Assembly (NCBI GenBank): GCA_043808785.1
Contig: JAZDEL010000001.1
Location: forward strand, 120,001 to 152,000
Direction: 5' to 3'
Source: Candidatus Iainarchaeum sp.
GTDB taxonomy: Archaea; Iainarchaeota; Iainarchaeia; Iainarchaeales; JAZDEL01
DNA: 32,000 nt
The notes below the pieces were generated by a model. The model ran no database searches. It had not been told where the DNA came from and saw only the letters and a list, made by a program, of their open reading frames with translations. This document shows, one piece after another, positions 16,046 to 22,226 of this stretch. The position numbers and the translations under genes were made by a program. Position 1 is the stretch's first letter; every line of letters starts with the position of its first letter.

Positions 16046-16094
16046 CTATAAAGGACTTAAGATTAATAAAATCTTAATGTTTAGTCCTTTATAG
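16046..16094. repeat. AT-rich imperfect palindrome / hairpin
   Basis: CTATAAAGGACT (16046-16057) pairs with AGTCCTTTATAG (16083-16094). An inner stem pairs TAAGAT (16058-16063) with ATCTTA (16071-16076). Composition is strikingly AT-rich against a GC-rich background. Confidence 0.6.
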
Positions 16095-16106
16095 ATAGAT
16101 TTTTAA

Positions 16107-16802
16107 GGATTTCAGGCGCAATGCCTTGAAAAAGAAAAATTTTCATTTGACGAAACAGGGTTCATTTACGTAAGCCTTTCCCTTGAAGGAAACACCCTTA
16201 CTCTGTCCGAAACCGAAAAAATAACCGGGCAAAACATTGCCCCCGCATCAAAACCATTCAAGGATGCGCAGCAGGTCCTGGATTATAAAAAAGCGCTTGA
16301 CGGGTTTATTTTCTCGGATAAGGCAATCACGCAGGAATCTATTATCGAGTTTCACAGGGCGGCAATGAATCCCCTGGCTGCGGGCGCAGGCAAATTCAGG
16401 GCGGGAAATGTCAGGATAAAAGGCAACCCCGCCTTTAAAACCCCCGACTGGAGGGAGCTTTCGGGGCTATTGGCGGTGTTTTTCAAAAGCGCGGGCATCC
16501 CGGAAAAGAAAAAAGTTTCCGCCGCCGAAACAGTCGAAAGCGCTGCCTTTTTGCACAACGAATTCCAGCGCATCCATCCGTTCATTGACGGCAACAGCAG
16601 GACATCGAGGGCGGTATTCCTGAAAGCGCTGGCCCAAAGCAATTTTCCGTTAATAAAAATTCCCGTGGGCTTTTCCGACCAATACATGAAACTGACCAAA
16701 CTAAGCGAAAAAAGAGACGACAAAAAATTTGCCCTGCTGATGAAGCAGATAGCCCTCGAAAACCTGAAATACTTTGCAAAAAAACTCGAGTATGAATCCT
16801 GA
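16107..16802 (+). pseudogene. Fic/DOC-family protein gene lacking an upstream start codon (probably 5'-truncated)
   Basis: The Fic motif HPFIDGNSRTSR is a variant of HxFx(D/E)GNGRxxR with Gly->Ser. The frame is open back to the TAA at 16104 and encodes Fic-like N-terminal sequence (...SLSLEGNTLTLSETEKI...IIEFHRAAM). There is no ATG, GTG or TTG in frame before ATG 16365. Confidence 0.6.
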
Positions 16803-16879
16803 ATTGGTATTTAAGGTTTAATCGGCAAATATATAGGTTTCTACACTTTTACTCGAAGCTGGGGCTTCCGATAGAAGGC

Positions 16880-17224
16880 TTGGCGAAAGAAAAAGTGAAA
16901 ATCGAGGGGATAAATACAATCGCTTGCGAAGCGCTGCTGATTCTGAAGCAGGGCGCCGAAATAGACAGGAGGGGCTCGGTTAAGGGCCAGAAAGATGCGA
17001 TAGATATATTCACCTTATTGATATATGCGCCAATCGACTTCAAAAAATATCTCGCGCTGCTGGCAAAAAACAAAAAGGAAAGCCTTGTTAAAGAATTGAT
17101 TGGCGAAATAATGCGCTTTAATCCGAAAGATTCCGAAAAATACCTGGGCGTAAATTGCGGGGAATTCGCAAAAATGAAAAAAGAACTGCCGGGCAGAATA
17201 AAAGCCGCCCAAATCTCAAGATGA
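16880..17224 (+). CDS. Small ORF resembling only the C-terminal half of an AbiEii/DUF6036-like nucleotidyltransferase (possible gene fragment)
   Basis: The pattern ...IEGINTIACEALLILKQGAEIDRRGSVKGQKDAIDIFTLL resembles the LK..A.R.KD..D..L C-terminal motif. There is no NTase N-domain. It has a TTG start and lower GC than its neighbours. Confidence 0.3.
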   Translation: MAKEKVKIEGINTIACEALLILKQGAEIDRRGSVKGQKDAIDIFTLLIYAPIDFKKYLALLAKNKKESLVKELIGEIMRFNPKDSEKYLGVNCGEFAKMKKELPGRIKAAQISR

Positions 17225-17258
17225 AACTTCGGGCAATATCCGTGGGCTTCAACATCGC

Positions 17259-18206
17259 CTACCTCGGCAAATCTATAACTATGCCCTCGCCCTTCTTTAT
17301 CTTGTATATCACAAGCCCCTTCTTGTGGTTGCTGCTCCTGAGCTTGAGTATCTCTATCGCATTCGTGCGCGAGAGCTCCCTCTTCACATTGTAAAGCACC
17401 ACAACCCCGTCCGCCAAAAATTCTTCAACTCCGGTTCTGCTGTATATCCTCGGGTCCTGCTCGGTTTCCGCAATTATGAGCGAAAGGGCGCCAGTGGATT
17501 CAAGCGCGTCGAAAAGCTTCTTCACATACCTCCTGTAATTTTCCTCGTCCTCGAAGGCTATGCTCAGGGCCGAGAGCGAATCTATGGCAATGCGGTCCGG
17601 CACAAACGGAAACACTATCTTCTCGGTTTTTATGTCGGGCTCCCTGTCGCTCATGAACATGCGCTCGACGCTGCGGGCAAGCTTAAGGGAATCGCATTTC
17701 ACACCCGCGAAAAGGCCGCGGCGCTCCATTTCATACAGGTCCCAGCCGTAATTCTTTTTCATGTGCGCCTTTATCTTCTCGGGTTCCTCCTCGAAGGAGA
17801 TGAAGATGCCGCGCTCGCCGTTTAGGCAGCCGTTGTACAGGGACTGCATTGCAAAAGTGGTTTTTCCCGTGCCCGCGCCCCCTGATATGAGTATGCTGGA
17901 GCCCCTTTCAATCGCGCCGTCGTCCACAAGGCCGTCAAAATTGCTCACCCTCACGGGAAGATATTCTCCATCGCCCCTCACGCCCTTGTAGTTTGCGTGC
18001 TTTATCGCCTCCCTGAGGCCCAGCTTGTCCCCGAACTCGATTATGTCCGAGAAAATCCTGTATGCGCCCTCATCAAACTTCTCTTCCGCACCGCGGGATT
18101 TTGCAGCGTCCGTGCCCTTTGCGCCTTTTTGCGGCTCGTTCTTCCTTTTCAGGAAATTCAGGGATACTTTTCCAAACAATTTAGCCATTCCAATCATCTT
18201 GCCCAT
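17259..18206 (-). CDS. KaiC/RecA-superfamily ATPase (single KaiC-like domain) with a ~95-aa N-terminal extension
   Basis: Walker A is ILISGGAGTGKTTFAMQSLYNG and Walker B-like is RIAIDSLSAL. The segment ...LSLIIAETEQDP... is typical of archaeal KaiC-like ATPases. Confidence 0.8.
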   Translation of the reverse strand: MGKMIGMAKLFGKVSLNFLKRKNEPQKGAKGTDAAKSRGAEEKFDEGAYRIFSDIIEFGDKLGLREAIKHANYKGVRGDGEYLPVRVSNFDGLVDDGAIERGSSILISGGAGTGKTTFAMQSLYNGCLNGERGIFISFEEEPEKIKAHMKKNYGWDLYEMERRGLFAGVKCDSLKLARSVERMFMSDREPDIKTEKIVFPFVPDRIAIDSLSALSIAFEDEENYRRYVKKLFDALESTGALSLIIAETEQDPRIYSRTGVEEFLADGVVVLYNVKRELSRTNAIEILKLRSSNHKKGLVIYKIKKGEGIVIDLPR

Positions 18207-18284
18207 GTTTCCGCCGAACGCATTTTTTACGGCTTATATCATTTAATAATAACCTCTAACCCTTATTAAAATATCCCCCCTTCC

Positions 18285-19469
18285 TTAGCAGATGCCCCCT
18301 TCGAGCTTCTCCAGCTCTTCCCGCAGTTCCCCCAGCCTTTTTGAGTATGTTTTTTTGCTTATCGTGGCATTCTCGAAGTAATCGCGCTTCAGTTGCGAAA
18401 TTTCGCCCTCTATGCCCGACCTCTTCCTCATTTCACCGCGTTTTCTGAGGCTTCTGCCTATTGCGCTCTTGGTTGCGAAAAATAAAATTGCCATCAGCAA
18501 AACAAACCCCGCCGCGCCCGCAATAAGCACGGTGTTGCTGTTTATTATGCCTTCGCTTATGATTACGGTTATTTCCCTGTGTGCGGTGTTGCCGTATCCG
18601 TCTTCGGCACCTATTTCCAGTGCGGTTGTGCCGAGGTTGGACTCGTTAGGCATGAAGTTATAGCTGTAACTGTAATCCTCCCCTATATCCATCCTGAACT
18701 TCTCCCCCCCCACCTTCAGGGTTGCGTCTCCCTTGAACAGCCTGCCGTCCAGGTATCTCATGCGCACCTTTACGGGAATCTCGAAGCCCAGGGTAAAGTT
18801 GGATGCCTGCGGGCTTTCAATCTCGACATCGACCTGCGCAGGGGCGATGCTCATTCCGAACACGCCCTCTCCGCCGATTTCGGAATCTTCGCTTCCCCCC
18901 TGCGCGGTTACGGTAAATTCCCATTTCCCGAGCGGCGCATCCACGGGGATGAACTGCCGCATTGAATAAACCCCGCCGCCCGCATGCGTGAACTCGTGCC
19001 TCGATCCCTCGGCGCCCCATGCAACAACCGACGCGTCCTCCACGGCCTTGCCGTCCTCGGAAACGCGTATGCTTGCGTTGAACTCCTCCGTGCGGTAGTG
19101 CTCGGTTTCGCTCGGGCTGAGGAGCGTCAGCAGCAGGTAGCCGCCCTCTCTTGTCGGGTTTACGTAAATGTCGGTGCTTTTTGTGCTGAGCCCGTCCACA
19201 GCGGTTAGCCTCCATCTCCCTTTGGGGTCCAGCTGGGTTATTTTGTGCATAATCCCGTATGCCTTGTCCGCCGCGCAGGAGGTTGTTTCGTGGAACACGA
19301 GCAGGCCATGCATTTCCGCGCTTAGTTCCACGGCATTTGTTTCACACCTGCCGTTTATGGTTATGGTTTCGCCCTTTGTGTAGGAATTCTTCGGCACCTC
19401 TATTGTTGTCGCGCCCGCCAGCGAGCAGAGCGCAAGCAGCACCGCAATTAAAACAATCCATGCCCTCAT
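18285..19469 (-). CDS. Secreted single-pass membrane protein: signal peptide, Ig-like/beta-sandwich ectodomain, TM helix, cytoplasmic coiled-coil (SHOCT-like) tail
   Basis: The signal peptide is MRAWIVLIAVLLALCSLAGA. The ectodomain ends ...GAEDGYGNTAHREITV. The TM helix is VLIAGAAGFVLLMAILFF and the tail is ...ISQLKRDYFENATISKKTYSKRLGELREELEKLEGG. An ATGA overlap links it to the upstream gene. Confidence 0.8.
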   Translation of the reverse strand: MRAWIVLIAVLLALCSLAGATTIEVPKNSYTKGETITINGRCETNAVELSAEMHGLLVFHETTSCAADKAYGIMHKITQLDPKGRWRLTAVDGLSTKSTDIYVNPTREGGYLLLTLLSPSETEHYRTEEFNASIRVSEDGKAVEDASVVAWGAEGSRHEFTHAGGGVYSMRQFIPVDAPLGKWEFTVTAQGGSEDSEIGGEGVFGMSIAPAQVDVEIESPQASNFTLGFEIPVKVRMRYLDGRLFKGDATLKVGGEKFRMDIGEDYSYSYNFMPNESNLGTTALEIGAEDGYGNTAHREITVIISEGIINSNTVLIAGAAGFVLLMAILFFATKSAIGRSLRKRGEMRKRSGIEGEISQLKRDYFENATISKKTYSKRLGELREELEKLEGGIC

Positions 19470-21427
19470 TTTTTGTTCGCCCCCTTCGCGCTTCCGCCGC
19501 TGTCCGCCCTTTCAATCCCCTTTCCCGCTCCGCCTGCCGTGTCCGCCTTGCCTCCCTTACTCCCTTTCCCCCCGCCTTTCCCAAGCCTCTTAAGTTCCTT
19601 GTTTATTTCCCCGAGCCTGGCGTCGCATTTCTGCATAGTGCCCTCGAATTCCTCGCGCCCCATATTAAGCTTGTTAAAGTAACGGTCCTCTATCTCGCGC
19701 CTCCTTGCCCTGATGCCCGCGGCCTCCTTCTCCAGCCTGCCTATGCCGCGCCTCCTGCCGAAGAAATATATTGCCGACTGCATCACGATAAGCAGTGCCG
19801 CGATTCCGGCAAGTATTGCGGGGAGGTTTTGCATAAGCAAGTATGAAAGCGCAACCCCTGAAACGTCGAGTTCCCTTTCGGCAATGCCCATGTTTCCGTA
19901 TGCGTCCTCCGCAATCACGGTTATCTTAACGCGCCCGGCGTCATCCTCCCTGAAAACATATTCCTGCCTGCAGCGCCCGGTTTCCACCATCGGCATGGAG
20001 ATGTTCCTGTCGTAAACTGCAAGCGTGCATGACGCATTTTCCGCGAGTTCGCCCCACGGATATGAAACCCTTGCGGAGAATGCGGCACTTTCCCCTATTT
20101 CGAAGTGTATTGCCGCGGGGTCGGTTATCTCCACGGAAAGTTCGGTTTCCTTTATCGCGGCCTCGAAAGTTTTCGTGCCGCTGCGCCTGCTGCCGTTGTC
20201 GTCCCTTACCGCGTTCAGGGTAAACTCCTGCGTGCCAGCGGGCATCGAAACCCCGACATTATAAACGCCCTCATACTTCCCCTCGCCCGCGCCGTCGAGC
20301 AGAACTGTCCCGCCGTTCGGAAGCGCCACTGAAACCGTTGCGCCGTCGAATGCCGCCCCGCCCGCGTCCTTCACCACGACGCTGAACAGCATCTCCTCAC
20401 CCCTTGCATATTCCGCTTTGAGCGCGCCAAGCAGCTCCACCGAGAGGAATGCCGCCCTGTTCGGGTCTATGAGGCCTATCTCCTTCCCGAACCTGCCGTG
20501 GTTGCCGTAACTGTCGCTGCAGTTTATGTCCACAGTAACCTTCCTGGCCTTGTCAAGTATGCTTGTGCGGTACTGCGTTTGGAAGCTTCCGTCGGATGAG
20601 GAGGTTACGGATTCCGAGAAAATCGGGCTCGAGCCCGAGAGTATCCTTATGTCAACAGGCACCTCCGCAGGCTTGCCGCCCTTGCTCACTTTTCCGGAAA
20701 CCGAAACAGTGCCGCCGAGCACATAATTTTCATTCAGGGAAGCGGATATTTCCAGGACATCGGTTATGGTTATTGCAGTCTCGGCGCTCGATTTTACGCC
20801 CTTGAATTCGCCGTTTACCTTTACATCATGCCCCCCCGGTTCGGCGTTAAGGTTTATGTCCACGCGTGCCGCGCTTATGTTGTCGCCGAATGCCGCGTCC
20901 TCGTGCGCCCCGTCGTTGTAGAATTCCGCCCTTTCAAAAGGCCCTGTTGCGGACAGTTTTGCCGAGGGGATCTTCCTGCCGTTTGCCGTGGCCTGCACTT
21001 TTATCAGTATGCTGTCTCCGCGGAAGTAGGTTGCCGCCGCCGCGGGCTCCATAATCGTGAGTTCAAGGCTTGTCGGGTCGCAGTCCGAGGGGCAGTTTGC
21101 GTAACCCTCACTGCCCTCGCATACTTCGTTGCCGCAGCAGTTTGCCACGGTAACAAGCCTGCAGCTCCCGCTCACGCACCGGTAATTGCGGCACAGTTTT
21201 TCCGGAACCCTGTCGGCGCAAATGCCGCAGTCCCCGGGGCAGCCGCACATGTCCTCCTCGCCGTTGCAAATGCCGTCGCCGCATGTCGCCGCATATGCCG
21301 GCGGCAGGGCAATAATCGCCGCAAGGAAAATTGCAGTAACCGCCAATTTGGGATTCATTTTATCGCACCGTGCACAAGCAAGTGCGGCAAAAACAAAAAA
21401 CCGCCGCACCATGCCGCATTTTGACAC
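19466..21427 (-). CDS. Secreted single-pass membrane protein: Cys-rich N-terminal module, several Ig-like/beta-sandwich domains, TM helix, coiled-coil (SHOCT-like) plus G/K-rich cytoplasmic tail
   Basis: The best signal peptide starts at internal ATG 21358 (MNPKLAVTAIFLAAIIALPPAYA); ATG 21412 and 21427 are alternatives. The Cys-rich module is CGDGICNGEEDMCGCPGDCGIC...CPSDCD. DSYGN and DAYGN motifs mark the domain ends. The TM helix is LPAILAGIAALLIVMQSAIYFF and the tail is ...EIEDRYFNKLNMGREEFEGTMQKCDARLGEINKELKRLGKGGGKGSKGGK... Confidence 0.8.
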   Translation of the reverse strand: MSKCGMVRRFFVFAALACARCDKMNPKLAVTAIFLAAIIALPPAYAATCGDGICNGEEDMCGCPGDCGICADRVPEKLCRNYRCVSGSCRLVTVANCCGNEVCEGSEGYANCPSDCDPTSLELTIMEPAAAATYFRGDSILIKVQATANGRKIPSAKLSATGPFERAEFYNDGAHEDAAFGDNISAARVDINLNAEPGGHDVKVNGEFKGVKSSAETAITITDVLEISASLNENYVLGGTVSVSGKVSKGGKPAEVPVDIRILSGSSPIFSESVTSSSDGSFQTQYRTSILDKARKVTVDINCSDSYGNHGRFGKEIGLIDPNRAAFLSVELLGALKAEYARGEEMLFSVVVKDAGGAAFDGATVSVALPNGGTVLLDGAGEGKYEGVYNVGVSMPAGTQEFTLNAVRDDNGSRRSGTKTFEAAIKETELSVEITDPAAIHFEIGESAAFSARVSYPWGELAENASCTLAVYDRNISMPMVETGRCRQEYVFREDDAGRVKITVIAEDAYGNMGIAERELDVSGVALSYLLMQNLPAILAGIAALLIVMQSAIYFFGRRRGIGRLEKEAAGIRARRREIEDRYFNKLNMGREEFEGTMQKCDARLGEINKELKRLGKGGGKGSKGGKADTAGGAGKGIERADSGGSAKGANKK

Positions 21428-21520
21428 TTAATATATATAAAAGGTGATATTTATTGGTTATGCTCGCGCCGCCGCTTGCCTTCCGCGCTTTTTTTATCGC
21501 GGTAGAATAGGTTTATATAT
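21428..21520. promoter_or_regulatory. Divergent intergenic promoter region with AT-rich TATA-like boxes
   Basis: TTAATATATATAAAAGG (21428-21444) faces the minus-strand operon. GTTTATATAT (21511-21520) lies ~27 nt upstream of ATG 21543. Confidence 0.4.
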
Positions 21521-21542
21521 GAGTTTCTACCCTACAATAGGA

Positions 21543-22016
21543 ATGGTTCTTAAAAATTCGGGAGCAAATTTCGCTGCGGTTGCAATTCTTGTTGCCGCGC
21601 TCGCTGTGGGCGGGTATTTTGTTTTTGTACAGCCCGCATTGCAGCCCGCAAACGGCGGGGCGCAGCCATCCTTTCAGGGCGGTGCAGGCCCGCTTGTGGA
21701 GCGTTCGTTTTCAACGGGAACCCTGAGTGAAGGGCAAACCCTTACAGTGACCATTAAGGTCAGTACAGGCGGCGCCACATACTACGCCTTTGACGAGGTT
21801 CTGCCCGAGGGCTGGGTTGCGGTGAACACAGGCCTTTCAACCGAGCACATCGGGCACGCAAAGATGGTAGTTATAGAGGGTGCGGCAGATGCCACGTTCA
21901 GTTACGATGTCGTGGTGTCGGGAAAGGGCGCCAGGGCTTTTTCGGGCGGGTATATGTTCGAGGGCATGGCGAACGAGTCCGCGATAGCGGGCTCCTCAAG
22001 CGTCACTGTCCAGTAG
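21543..22016 (+). CDS. Small secreted/signal-anchored protein consisting of one beta-sandwich-like module
   Basis: The hydrophobic N-terminus is MVLKNSGANFAAVAILVAALAVGGYFVFV. The module RSFSTGTLSEGQTLTVTIKVS..ATYYAFDEVLPEGWVAV...FSGGYMFEG...IAGSSSVTVQ is paralogous to the N-terminal module of the next gene. Alternative starts are ATG 21519 and GTG 21444. Confidence 0.65.
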   Translation: MVLKNSGANFAAVAILVAALAVGGYFVFVQPALQPANGGAQPSFQGGAGPLVERSFSTGTLSEGQTLTVTIKVSTGGATYYAFDEVLPEGWVAVNTGLSTEHIGHAKMVVIEGAADATFSYDVVVSGKGARAFSGGYMFEGMANESAIAGSSSVTVQ

Positions 22017-22186
22017 CGCTGCGGAATTTCCCCGTAATTAATGTGCAGGCATTTTATTCGGCACGAATATGTGCCGTGAATGCCCGCTGGCGGATATTTT
22101 GCCGCATAGCCTGCGGATATTTTGTTGCGCGCGGCGCGTGCAAATTTCATATTTCGCATATGTGCGGGCTTTGGGCGCATGCCAAC

Positions 22187-22196
22187 TTTTATATAT
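22187..22196 (+). promoter_or_regulatory. TATA-box-like element (TTTTATATAT) upstream of the 742-aa surface protein gene
   Basis: It is centred ~35 nt upstream of ATG 22227, which implies a very short or absent leader. Confidence 0.4.
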
Positions 22197-22226
22197 TGCT
22201 TCATCCATTATTAACGGTGGTTGACG

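Noticed and set aside
17325-17825. 166-aa plus-strand ORF
   Set aside because: It is antisense to the KaiC-like ATPase, which has Walker A/B motifs.
19259-21424. Plus-strand ORFs 19259-19846 and 20828-21424
   Set aside because: They are antisense to the two minus-strand surface-protein genes. The products are Pro/Arg/Ala-rich with no features.
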